NCBI RefSeq assembly: GCF_009914755.1
Contig: NC_060932.1
DNA: 64,000 nucleotides
Strand: one strand, 5' to 3'
Origin: the human T2T-CHM13v2.0 reference genome, Homo sapiens
A program made the position numbers and the translations under genes. Positions 36,277 to 50,429 of this stretch are shown one piece after another; within the stretch, counting starts at the first letter, position 1, and every line of letters begins with the position of its first letter. Below the pieces are notes generated by a model. It was not told the origin of the DNA and did not search any database. It saw nothing but the letters and a program-made list of their open reading frames with translations.

Positions 36277-39200
36277 CTTTTCTTACAACTTCTGGAGAAG
36301 CGTCAGCCCTCTGCAGGGAGGCGGCCAAGCTGGCAGGCGAGTCGGCGAGGGTGTCATTGCTTATATGGCTGCGGGGACCGAAGCTAGGAATAGACGCGCT
36401 GAGGGCTAGGAGGGCTCCGACCGGACGGAAGGATGCCGCATCGCGGGTCGCTGCCCGGAGCTGTGCGAGTTCGGTGCTCAGCCCCAACGGCGCTTTAGGC
36501 GGGTCCCCTAGGTTCTCGCCCTTGCGCGCGGAGCCAGGACAGTGTTTCTGCGCTTCCTGAGGCCAAAGCGGGTCTCCCCGTTTTTTCCTCTGGGGATGCC
36601 AAAAGCCACTGGAAAAGACAGGAAGCTGTCGCCCCGTCGCATTCTCAGCAAGATGAGGCCGAGTAGGCAGCGCCACCTCTCCCGAGCGCCCGCGCCCCGC
36701 TGCCCCAGCCGGGGAGGGACTGGAGGTGAAGTCGCAGGTGCGCTCCCCAGGGAATATCCGGGCTCGCAGACCACGCGGCACCGCCCCCGCCTCGCCCCGC
36801 TGCTCCTCCTCCCCCATTCCAGGTGTCTCCTTTTCCGCTTGCCCCTTAAACGTCCCCCTTCCGCAGGGGTCCTGCGAACCCCATCCACTGCCATGGCTCA
36901 TTCTAACACCTTCACTGGGTGTCTTTTTGCATAACACTTAAAATAAAAATGGATCTGAATCTGATCCCGGCTTCCAGCTTACAGGACATGTCGAGGACAG
37001 AGGCACAAGTGAAAGTCCACCCAAGGAATGCAGTCAGCAAAGCCACGGTGTGGGGAGCTCTCTCCAGAGGGTAGGGGAGAAACCCAAAGAGTAAAAGAGA
37101 CTTTAAAACCTGCCAACCAATCCCAACCTGATGTCCTAATTTGAATCCTGATTCAAATCAACTGCTTTTAATGGAAACTTAAAACTTTAGTGGAAATTTG
37201 AACCTGACTTGATATTTGATATAAGAAACCATAGTTAATTTTTTAAGGCATGATAATGGCATTGTGCTTATTTTTAAAGGATAGAGTCCTTATTTTTAGA
37301 AATTCAGACTGAAATATTTATGTCTGGAATTAGCTTCAAAATAACGCAGGGAGAAGTGGGTAAGGGTTGGGATGGAACAAGGTTGGCTATGATTTGATCG
37401 TTGTTGAGGCTGGGTAATGAAAACATGGGAGTTCGTTCTAGAATTATTTCTACTCTTGTATATTTTTAAAATTCTCTATAATAAGGTTTTAAAAAGAAGG
37501 AGAAAAAAAAATGGATATATTCCAGCTGATTAGTCTCAACGTTTTCAGGGCCACATACAAGTAGGGCCCTGAAAATATGTTAATTATGTGACTTAAGATC
37601 ACCTGGGAGTCCTTTTCGTTACTGACTTGTGCGACTTGTGTGGCTCGTGTGCTCTCATGCTTAATTGGATTGGTCTTTAATCTGGGGCCAGGGAAGTGTT
37701 TGACCTGTGGCTGAGATTTCCACCTCTCTGCACTTCCCTTCCTGAACACCAACCAAAAGTGGCCCTGGGTTTCTAACCACCTGAAGATGACTTTCCATCT
37801 CCTCCAATGTCCTATGTCTAAAACTGTACAGCCTTATGCACTACCTCCTAACTTCCCCATTTCTATGAATAGCAGAGCATTTCCTCTGCCTCTGTCACAG
37901 ACTAGAAGCCATCTAGCCATTTTGACTTCCCCCTCCTCTTTTCTCTGTCCCTCCACTTAGTCACCAAGTTCTGTGGATTCCTTGTTCACTGTTTCTCAGA
38001 CTCATCTCTTCCTCTCCACTCTCACTGCTGTTGTCTAATCCCAGATGTGGATTTTCTCTGTTACATTTACTTCCTCGCTGGTTTCCTGTCCTTAGATTCC
38101 TCCTTCCAGCGATCCCACCTGCCACTGCCCATTGGAGAGCCCTTAGATCAAGGGCCTCATGTTATGATTAGGCTTTGCAAACTCCAAATTCCTTCTTTTA
38201 CAACCTCAAAAATTTCATTCAAAGAAAGCAGGAATGATTATCAGGCAGCCAGCAACCCCACCCCTCAAATAGAGTCTAACGTGAAAAACATTATTTCTCA
38301 ATTGGTAAGCAAACACATCCCTCACTGATTGTTGGTAGGTCAACAACGGCCCAGACTTGGACAGCTGACAAGCAGAACCCAGGGTCACAAGGATCCCATT
38401 CATGTGGGTCAACAGACAAATGAAAGAGCTCAAATGACAGAACAGTCCAGAGATTCCTGCTGATTTTTCTAGCGTGCTCTAAAATGGAGCAATACACCAG
38501 GTTTCTAAACCATGGACACAAGACGTGACAAATGACTTTCAGATATGTGAATTCATTCATTCAGATGAAATTTACAAAAGCATACAATAATGTCATTTTT
38601 AGTTATACACTTAAAATCATCTTTATTAAGAAAAAAATACATTAAATAAAATTAGGACCATACAGGAAAATTCAGTCTGTCAGGTCACCAGGGCCAAATA
38701 CACAGTCTCAAAATGCTTGGAATGAAAACAATATTTCTCTGATGCCCCCAAACAGACATTTATTATTTTGTCAGCCTAGATTAGCACTCCCTTTTTGGAG
38801 CTGGGATTTTATCCTCCCCAGGCCAACCATAAGCATCTCTCGGGGCATGGGAATGTTTCCCTAGAATTTTCTAGTTGGCTTGGTGAATAAGTGTCCTCTT
38901 TCCTCTCTGCAGGAAATTAAGGATGCAGACACTCAGGGCGTGTGTCTTGCACAGCCAGCCAGCCTGGGAAAATGAAGCCAACTGGGAGAGAGATTTGAAG
39001 GACTCTGGTTCTAGGCATGCGCACTTCTCCAGGTACTTGAGCTTGGAAACCTTCTTGCTTAACTAGCTCTAGGCCAATCTTGCTTCACTTGAACACACAC
39101 ACACTTCTCCTTGCGCTATTTTGAATTACCAGAGGAGAATCTTTGACAAACACAGGTCGATGTTAGTGTGAGCCAGACTGGGCAACTACACAAAATCAAA

Positions 39201-39838
39201 ATCAGGAAAGGAGAGCCACTTTGCTGGAATCTCCCAGAAGGCTGGTGGGGTGGACTCCGGGGCTTTGAAATCTCTAAAGAGTGGTGACTCACCTCTCCTA
39301 GAAATTGCCCTGGTTATATCATAAAAGGGCTCAATTTTTACATGAGGTCTCAATGGTCTTTTTACTTATTGTGACATCATTAGAAAAATCAACCTTTGAC
39401 CAGAAAGAGGCAGTTCCCTCCTTCCTCACACAATTCACAATTTTCTGGAATTATTAATAAAAATTGCGTATCTCTAGGCAGAAGCTCTCCAATGCTAGAT
39501 TTTTCACTAATATTCACATACAATTTACCTCAAGTTCCTCCTCTGCTCCTGACCTCTCAGGGCAGCCGTGGTACTCACAGGGTAAATTCCAAACACCTCA
39601 CCCAGGCACTCAGGGCTTCAAGAATTGGGCCTGACCTTAGCCATCAACATCATTTCCCACTCCAGAATGAACACTTTGCCCTGGTCGTGCCAGTCTCTGT
39701 ATTTCCTTTACATGAGTCCTGCTCACTCCTTTTCCACACCTTGGTGTAAGCTGCCCTGAACTGTCCCTCTTGCCTGTGTTCTTTCTCTTCGTCTTTTTCT
39801 TCCTTTTAAAAAATTGAGTGCTCACTGTGTGCCAGTTA

Positions 39839-39931
<93 letters not shown>

Positions 39932-39992
39932 TCACCTGAGGTCGGGAGTTCGAGACCAGACTGACCAACATGGAGAAACCCCGTCTCTACTA

Positions 39993-40173
<181 letters not shown>

Positions 40174-40194
40174 TCATAGCACCTGGTTTTTGCC

Positions 40195-40528
40195 TTTGTT
40201 GAGGTCCTAACCCTCAGTACCTCACAGTGTGACCGTATGTGGAGACAGGGTCTTTAAAGAAGTGATTAAGGTGAAATCATATGAGTGGGCCCTAATCCAC
40301 TATAACTGATGTCATAAGAAGAGGAGATGAAGCCAGAGACGTGCACACATGTGAAGACACCTGGCGAAGATGGCCATCTATAAGCCAAGGAGGGAGGCCT
40401 TCGAAAAAATCAACCCTGGGGATACCTTGATCTTGGACTTCTACCTTCCACAACTGTGAGGAATAAATTTCTCTTTAGACTACCCAGCCTGTGGCATGTT
40501 TTTATGGCAGCCTTAGTAAATGAATACA
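40195..40528 (+). mobile_element. MaLR LTR fragment (MLT1B-like)
   Basis: ggagacagggtctttaaagaagtgattaagg...ccttgatcttggacttctacct...aataaatt...atggcagccttagtaaatgaataca. Confidence 0.75.
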
Positions 40529-40595
40529 AGGGGCTTACAGTCTGGAGAGGGAGACAAATAAGAAAAGAAGCAAGAACAACACAGCCTTGTAAGCA

Positions 40596-40960
40596 CAGTC
40601 ATTCCCCCTTCTCCATGGGGAATATGTTCCGAGACTTCCAATGGATGCCTGAAACCTTGGATAGTTCCAAACCCTATATATACTATATTTTTTCTATCCG
40701 GTAACTGAGATGACTAAGTCACTAACTAAGTGACTAAGGGATAGGAACGTCTACAACGTGGAGATGCTGGACGAAAGGATGATTCATGTCCCAGGTAGGA
40801 CAGAGCGAATGGCAGATTTCAGAACTCAGAACAGCATGCAATTTAAAACTTACAAAGTCTTTATGTCTGTGATTTTCCATTTAGTACTTTCAGATGCAGG
40901 TGACCATGGGTAACTGACACTGCAGAAAGCAAAACCTTGGACAAGAGGGCACTACTCTAC
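40596..40960. mobile_element. TcMar-Tigger MITE (MER82-like)
   Basis: Degenerate cagt..cccctt.tcc / ggacaagagggcactactc terminal inverted repeats; internal ggatgcctgaaacc, ccatgggtaactgac. Confidence 0.7.
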
Positions 40961-41464
40961 CATGACAGGAGAAGCATAGAACTCTCAGTTGTGGGAGACG
41001 AGGAGTAGTGTTAGGACATTTCCCAGGGGGATGTTATTCTGGGTTGTAAAGGTCATGAGAAGTGCCTGTCCCTCCAAGGGTGCAAGGGTGACCAGAAGCA
41101 AGCTCTTAGGCATGGGTGGGCTTGCTGTGGATCTCATCATCCTGCTTCTACATGAGCCAAAGGCAAGCCAGTCTAGGTGCATGGCCAGCCCCCCGAGATG
41201 GAGCTCATGGTGAGGGACCAGCCAAGTCAATCACATCTGCCTTGGTAGATGGAGCCAGCAGCAGGAAAAGAAGCTGAGAGCCGCGGAAGGAAGGTAGTGA
41301 ACAGCAGCCACGGGACCACAGATATGAGGCCACTCATAAAGCAGACCCAGGAGGCAGAGAAGAGGCTAAACAGTGAGCCTGGGACAAAGGAGCCCATGGA
41401 GAGAATCAAAGGTGGAGATGGAGGCCACAGGCATCATGGGGCCACTGGAGTGGAGAGAGTTTCA

Positions 41465-41791
<327 letters not shown>

Positions 41792-41800
41792 TCACACTCA

Positions 41801-41983
<183 letters not shown>

Positions 41984-43003
41984 TCAAGCCTTCCCCTCTT
42001 CCCCAGAACCTCTGGCAATCACTGATCTGCTTACTGTTTCTCTAGTTTTGCATCATTTCGAATGTCATATAAATGGAATCATACAGTTTGCAGGCTTCTC
42101 AACCTGGTTTCTTTCACTTTGCAGTGTGCAGTTCAGATTTGTCCATGTTTTTGTGTGGCTTGATAGCCCATTCTTTTTTATTGATGAATAATGCACGCAG
42201 GCATCCATTGTATGGATGCACCACAGTTTGTCTACTCACCTATTGAAGGACATCTTTTTTTTTGTTTTTGTTTTTGAGAGGGAGTCTTGCTCTATCCACC
42301 AGGCTGGACTGCAGTGGTGTGATCTTGGCTCACTGCAACCTCCATCTCCTCTGTTTAAGAAATTCTGTCTCAGTCTCCCGAGCATCTGGAATTACAGGCA
42401 TGTGCCACCATGGCCGGCTAATTTTTGTATTTTTAGTAGAGACGGGATTTCTCCATGTTGGTCAGGCTGGTCTCAAACTCCCAACCTCAAGTGATCCGCC
42501 CACCTCAGCCTCCCAAAGTGCTGGGAGCCACCGTGAACCACTGTACCTGGCCCTATTGAAGGACATCTTGATTGCTTCCAGTTTGGGGCAATAAATTCTT
42601 TTTAAAATAAAATATTTTGTAAAATTTGCAATACATAAAAAACATTAAGGATATCTTATTAGACTAAATCTACTTTGTAAATGCCCAAGAATAGCAGGTC
42701 TTTATTTTTAAGTACATCACTGAGATAAGTGAGGTTGCTTTGATCAGAGAGCTCCATGATTTTGGTTTTCTTTTAGTTTCAGTACCCATGACATTCCATT
42801 CAAAGGTTTGTGGAATCACTAAGTCTCTAAAGATGAAAGTTTGAAAACCATTGAACTAAAGAAGATTCAGTGAGAAAACTGGATGAGAGAAGGAGGAAAT
42901 TTATTGACAACAATTAAACTATAGGACCAAACTCTTAATAGAGGAAAATAAAAACTGATTCTTGAAGGAAGAAGAAATAACTTCATTTTAATTTTTTTAG
43001 ACT

Positions 43004-44078
43004 TTTTTTTTTTTTTGAGACAGGGTCTTGCTTTGTCGCCTAGGCTGGAGTACAGTGCTGCAATCTCGGCCCATTGCAACCTCCGTCTCCCAGGCTCACT
43101 TAATCCTCCCACCTCAGCTTTCCAAGTAGGTACCCACCACCACGCCTGGCTAAATTTTGTATTTTTTGTAGTGATTTTTTGTAGTGTATTTTTGTAGTGT
43201 ATTTTTTGTAGTGATTTTTGGTAGTGTATTTTTGTAGTGTATTTTTTGTAGTGATTTTTTGTAGTGTATTTTTGTAGTGTATTTTTTGTAGTGATTTTTT
43301 GTAGTGTATTTTTGTAGCGTATTTTTTGTAGTGATTTTTTGTAGTGTATTTTTGTAGCGTATTTTTTGTAGTGATTTTTTGTAGTGTATTTTTTGTAGTG
43401 ATTTTTTTGTAGTGTATTTTTGTAGTGTATTTTTTGTAGTGATTTTTTGTAGTGTATTTTTGTAACGTATTTTTTGTAGTGATTTTTTGTAGTGTATTTT
43501 TGTAGTGTATTTTTTGTAGTGATTTTTTGTAGTGTATTTTTTGTAGTGATTTTTTGTAGTGTATTTTTGTAGTGTATTTTTTGTAGTGATTTTTTGGTAG
43601 TGTATTTTTGTAGTGTATTTTTTGTAGTGATTTTTGGTAGTGTATTTTTGTAGTGTATTTTTTGTAGTGATTTTTGGTAGTGTATTTTTGTAGTGATTTT
43701 TGTAGTGTATTTTTGTAGTGTATTTTTGTAGTGATTTTTGTAGTGTATTTTTGTAGTGATTTTTGGTAGTGATTTTTGGTAGTGTATTTTTGTAGTGTAT
43801 TTTGGTAGTGTATTTTTGTAGTGATTTTTTCTAGTGTATTTTGGTAGTGTATTTTTGTAGTGATTTTCGGTAGTGTATTTTGGTAGTGTATTTTTGTAGT
43901 GTATTTTTGTAGTGATTTTTGGTAGTGTATTTTTGTAGTGTATTTTTGTAGTGTATTTTTTGTAGTGATGGGGTTTCATCATGTTGCCCGCTGGTCTCAA
44001 ACTCCTGGGCTTAAGCAATCCTCCCACTTTGGCCTCCCAAAGTGCTGAGATTACAGGCATGAGCCACTGTGCCCGGCC
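43004..44078 (-). mobile_element. Alu whose central A-rich linker is expanded into a minisatellite
   Basis: Right arm 43004-43155, left arm 43968-44078; flanking TSD-like aaataacttcatttt / aaatgacttatttt. Confidence 0.93.
43155..43968. repeat. ~810 bp minisatellite/VNTR of 12-14 bp units (tgtatttttgtag, tgtattttttgtag, tgattttttgtag) with a 40-bp three-unit higher-order period
   Basis: Directly visible; lines at 43261, 43301 and 43341 repeat with period 40. Confidence 0.98.
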
Positions 44079-44404
44079 AAATGACTTATTTTCTTTTCTT
44101 GGAGCAAGCTGTTTGAGCACAGCAATCGGAGCCTTAGCTTTGGGCCAAGCTGTGTTATCCCAGGATTTGATGCTGGACCCTTGGGCCAATATGTCTCAGT
44201 TCACCCACTGTGCTCTCACCCCATGTTAGCCCACCTAGCCTCGTACTCAAGGACAGAGTGCTGATCTTCCAGCTTCTTCATGTATCCTTTCTACAAATAC
44301 TGAGCCTGCATGTTGATGGCTGCACTGTCTTAGGCTCTGGGAACAAAAGAGTGAACAAAAGTCAGCACAGGTTCCGCCCTTTGGGAGTTTACATGGAGTC
44401 CTGA

Positions 44405-44587
<183 letters not shown>

Positions 44588-45033
44588 TAATTTTTGTAGT
44601 CTTAGCAGAGATGGGGTTTCGCTATGTTGGCCAGGCTGGTCCCTAAGTCCTGACCTTAGGTGATCTGCCCACCTCTGCCTCCCGAAGTACTGGGATTACA
44701 GGCCTGAGCCACCGCGCCTGGCTAGTCTTGCATTCCTCATTCTAAAGATCTAGGTCCCAGCCCACCTTCTTTGTCAGCTTACTCAGCTATCCTGATACGC
44801 TGATTGGTGGCCTTAATGATGAAGGATGATGGTAGAGGAAAACATTTAATGACCCACGGACTCCGATAATACTCAAGAGCACAAATACAAAGAAATTAAT
44901 CAAGGGAAGAGAGAAATGAAAATACTACATTTCAGTGAGAGTCTAGTAAAAAGAAAAGCATAATGTTTTTCCCATCCAAGATCACAGAACCCCTGAATTT
45001 TATCCATGCATCTTAGTTTAAGAACTCCTGTTG

Positions 45034-45693
<660 letters not shown>

Positions 45694-45817
45694 TCATACT
45701 GTCAGAATCATCTCCTTCTGTTCAGAATCACTCGAAGGTACTTAATACACTGTATGATTTCCAAACAGATACCTAGAATTTATGAAAATAGTTTGGATTT
45801 CCTGTTTTATGAAATAA

Positions 45818-46197
<380 letters not shown>

Positions 46198-46754
46198 TTG
46201 TTTGTTTGTTTTTTTGTAGAGACAGAGTCTGTATGTATTGCCCAGGCTGGTCTCGAGCTCCTGGCCTCTAGCAGTCCTCCCGTCTCAGCCTCCCAAAGTG
46301 CTGGGATTACAGGTGTGAGCCACTGCACTTGACCCATATTCCTTAGAATTCTTTCAGGGTTTTATCTGTCTTTGTTTTTACATTTAACTTTTCAATCTAA
46401 ATGGAATTAATTTTGGTAAATTGTGTAAGGTGATGCTAAAATTTTTTTGATCCCTAACAGCCAGCCTATTTTCCCAGCTTCATGTAGTAGATAATTCTTC
46501 CTTTCTCCACTAAACTGGGGCTCTGTCTTTATCATCCATTACATTCTTATTTGTACCTGATCAGCTTTGAATGCTATTCTGTAGCATTTATCAGTCTAGC
46601 TATCATTATAAGTTATCCATCTAGTTATTTTTGTATCAGGACCGCATCTGTTTAATTCTTGAGCTCTTTAAATGTGTTTAATACTTCCTAAGACTTTTTC
46701 ACATTATTCTTGAATGTTAATTTTAGCACTTTTCACATGCCTACTCATCTAGAA

Positions 46755-47242
46755 CAGCAGTTCTTAAGCTTTACTGTGCTATGGTTCCCTTTATTAAAAC
46801 CTTTGAACCCTTTCTCAGATAATGACTTTAAACGGATAAAATAAGCAGGATTAAAAAGAAAGTCAATTTAATTTAAAAATAGCCATCAAAATATTTAAAA
46901 CCTTATGATGCAGTAAATATGTACTTCTTTATTAATGCATTAATTACAAGATCTAGCAGCAGGTCTCATCCCTACTACCACAGTCTCAAAGTAGCAATGA
47001 TCATAGGTGGTATTTCTAAATAACTGTAACAACCATAATGTAATACGAAAATATCTGTGATTTCTAATGGAGACAAAGTCCCAGAGACTGCTTATATGAC
47101 CATGTTTCGTTACCTACATTCATAAATAAAGAAAATGCTACATTTCAGTTAGAGTCTAGTAAAAAGACAAGCATAATGTTTTCCCATCCAAAATCACAGA
47201 ACCCCTGACTTTTATCCATGCATCTTAGATTAAGGACTTCTG
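46755..47242 (+). mobile_element. hAT-Charlie non-autonomous element (Charlie4a-like)
   Basis: cagcagttcttaa...ttaaggacttctg inverted termini; nTCTAGAn-like target flanks (atctagaa / ttgtagat). Confidence 0.75.
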
Positions 47243-47744
47243 TTGTAGATAAAATCTGAAAAAAAATGTGTCACATTTTAGAAAAACTCACTGGGATATT
47301 TACTGGGAATTGTGTAAGTTTGATAAATCAATCTGGTATGAAAAATTCATTCTTCCTATATTTATTATTTCATTATTTATTTATCTAAGAACATTAGTAA
47401 ACCCAAGTTTTGTTGCTTTTCACATAGAAGTTTCTCATTTCTTTTGGTGGTATTCCTAGGATTTTTTTTCTATTGTGAATGCAAAAATTTTCCATTTAAT
47501 GAATTTTTAAGTCCCCTAGTTATTTTGAATCAAAATTTGGACACCCTATTATTTCTTTATATATATTTCAGTACATATCTCTAAAAGATAAAGACTTTAA
47601 AAAACTACTACCACATCTTTTAAAAAATAAATAATTTTTTAATACTAGAAAACGTCATCTGTGTTTAAATCTTCCCAACTGCCTCATCATATTTTTTAAA
47701 ACTTAGTGCTTTGTTTAAGTTAGGATTCAAAGAAAGTCCATACC

Positions 47745-49330
47745 TTACTCTTCATATTGTTTTTTGCATCCTTAGTCTCTCCTTGGTTTGAGTCCAACAC
47801 CTGGCTAGAGTTAACTTGTGATTTGGCTAAAACACATTGGCGTCACTTTCCAATACGTGCTATTCAGCATCCTTGGGTACCAATTCCATGGCTTGGTGTG
47901 AATTCATTTGGCTTCCTAGGTAATTGGACTCAAACATGGAGAGACTTTAGATGGCAAATGCTAAATAAGATGGCTAGAAATCTAAAATTTCTTATGTGTC
48001 CTACCTAGACAGGGAGGTTCCTGTCTGTACCAAAACAACACTTGGGTACCTGTCGTAGGATTTAGCTTTTGCAACCAAACTTTCCCACAAATAGAACTTG
48101 AGAAAGAACTGGGGAATGGTTAGAGGCTGCCTTACTTTTATAGCCCTTATTTTAAAAAGGCATAGCATATGGACAGAGTCAGATCCAAGTAATTTTGGTT
48201 TAGATCTACCTGAAAATCTCTATACTAAAAACATCATTGGCCTGAATCACACTCAATAGAGGCATAAGGCATTATAATACCACTTGTCAACTCCTTAGTA
48301 TTTTGGCCAAAGACTGATGGCCGTTATTAATGGCTACTGGCTTTGGAGCATGAAAGCCCATTGGCTATTACCTGCATATTGGACAGGGATTTGTTATCTT
48401 GGTAATCAATGCCTGCTTCAAGGATAGGCCCTAACAGGATCCAGGGTCGGTTTGTCCCATAAAGTTCCCTTTTTGGAAAAAGAAGTCTTTAGATAATGTG
48501 ATTCAAGATGAGAAAAGTTAGACCTTGATCTAAGTTCAAAAACTTTAACTACGGAAGAGGAATTGTGGGCTGTCTTCTCCTCCTCCCATGCCTCTTCATT
48601 CTACACTTTACCAAAGGCTTAAAGAATGAGAAAATCCTACGTACTATGGTTCAATAATAGCAGGAGAGCTTGTCAATATCACCATGGTCATAGAAAACCT
48701 CAGCCAGGAGACTCATAAAATTGGACAGGCGGTGATTAGGAACAGAACTCTTCCAGATACCTGAAAAGGCCTCTTAAGGTGAAACATATGCCACTTTGCC
48801 AGGCACGCTGGCACTTGCCTGTAGTCCTAGCTACTCGGGAGGCTTGAGACTGTAGCATGCTGTGCTCGTGCCTGTGAATAGCCACTGCACTCCAGCCTGG
48901 GCAATATGGTGAGACCTCATTTCTAAAAAAAAAAAAAAATTTTAAGAGATATTTAAAAAACTATGCCACCTTAAAAGAATGCTTTGCTTGCATTTCCACA
49001 GACCTCTGTAGACTCTTTAACATTTCTAAAAAGATTCAAGACATAAACATGAAAATCAGATGAGATAATTTACATAATACCCACATATCTGGTTCTGCAG
49101 GTTCTGCGGATTAGGGATGGGGCTTTATTAATTTGAGTAAACTTGAGTCTTGGTTTAGAAATGAACTACAAACTCTGATCATGATCTATTCTCCTAGTAT
49201 TTGTGTTGCAGTGTTTAAATATGTGACCTCCAGAGTCCCAAACGCTAACTTTTGCAAAGCCATTATCCTGTCACATGATCCACAGCTTACCCAGCAACAG
49301 GAAGAGCGACAAACTTCCTTGCATCTATAG
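47745..49330 (+). pseudogene. Decayed endogenous retroviral env gene (gamma-type SU-TM), multiple stops and frameshifts, interrupted by a FAM
   Basis: Collinear motifs: hydrophobic LLFILFFASLVS; NTWLELTCDLAKT..HPWVPIP; CLYQNNTWVPVVGFSFCNQT; NGYWLWSMKAHWLLPAYWTGICYLG (48329-48403); WKKKSLD (degenerate RKKR furin site, 48474); NEKILRTM..ELVNITMVIENLSQETHKIGQAVIRNRTLPD (heptad + ISD, to 48758); AS*GETYATLKEC; SWFRNELQTLIMI..VAVFKYVTSRV (TM anchor). Confidence 0.82.
48798..48940 (+). mobile_element. Fossil Alu monomer (FAM-like, 7SL-derived)
   Basis: Retains the 7SL-type gcctgtgaatagccactgcactccagcctgggc segment; A tail; TSD aaacatatgccacttt / aaaactatgccacctt. Confidence 0.85.
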
Positions 49331-49408
49331 GCTATGTTCTCATAACTGCCTCTAGACCAGCCTGGGTTATGGTGAGAATCCAGAATAACGTCCTGTCTAC
49401 CCATGGCC

Positions 49409-50204
<796 letters not shown>

Positions 50205-50429
50205 CATCCTAGAGTCCCTGCAGGGGTGATGGGCACTGTCATCTGAGGGAGGGGCAAGCTGTCCACTGGGTGCACCATTAGCAGTTTGTGGGAGTTACCT
50301 GGGACCAAATACAACTTTTCTTTTGCCTTTTTTTTTTTTAAATTCTGCATGGTGCATATTTTTGGTAAAACTTTCAAAAATATAGAAAGCTTAATGTGAT
50401 GGATACACACACACAGGCGCTCTCATTCT

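Larger units (their letters stand above)
36170..36880. promoter_or_regulatory. CpG island / promoter-like region downstream of NDUFAF6, probable promoter of the minus-strand MIR3150B host transcript
   Basis: High GC and CpG density outside any repeat. GC boxes (ccgcccccgcctcgccccgc at 36781-36800) and a TATA-like ccatataag on the - strand at 36360-36368. Confidence 0.85.

Noticed and set aside
36665-36690. CTCF-like gcgccacctctccc in the CpG island
   Set aside because: Only half the motif matches; expected by chance in GC-rich DNA
42238-42570. Direct repeat cctattgaaggacatctt about 310 bp apart
   Set aside because: Ordinary Alu target-site duplication within an L1 fragment
43155-43968. Regular array superficially resembling CRISPR or telomeric repeats
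   Set aside because: No unique spacers, eukaryotic context, and the unit derives from the Alu linker
42867-44189. 440-aa minus-strand ORF rich in K/T/Y/H repeats
   Set aside because: Made entirely of Alu arms plus the stop-free minisatellite; no promoter or splice support; treated as an artefact
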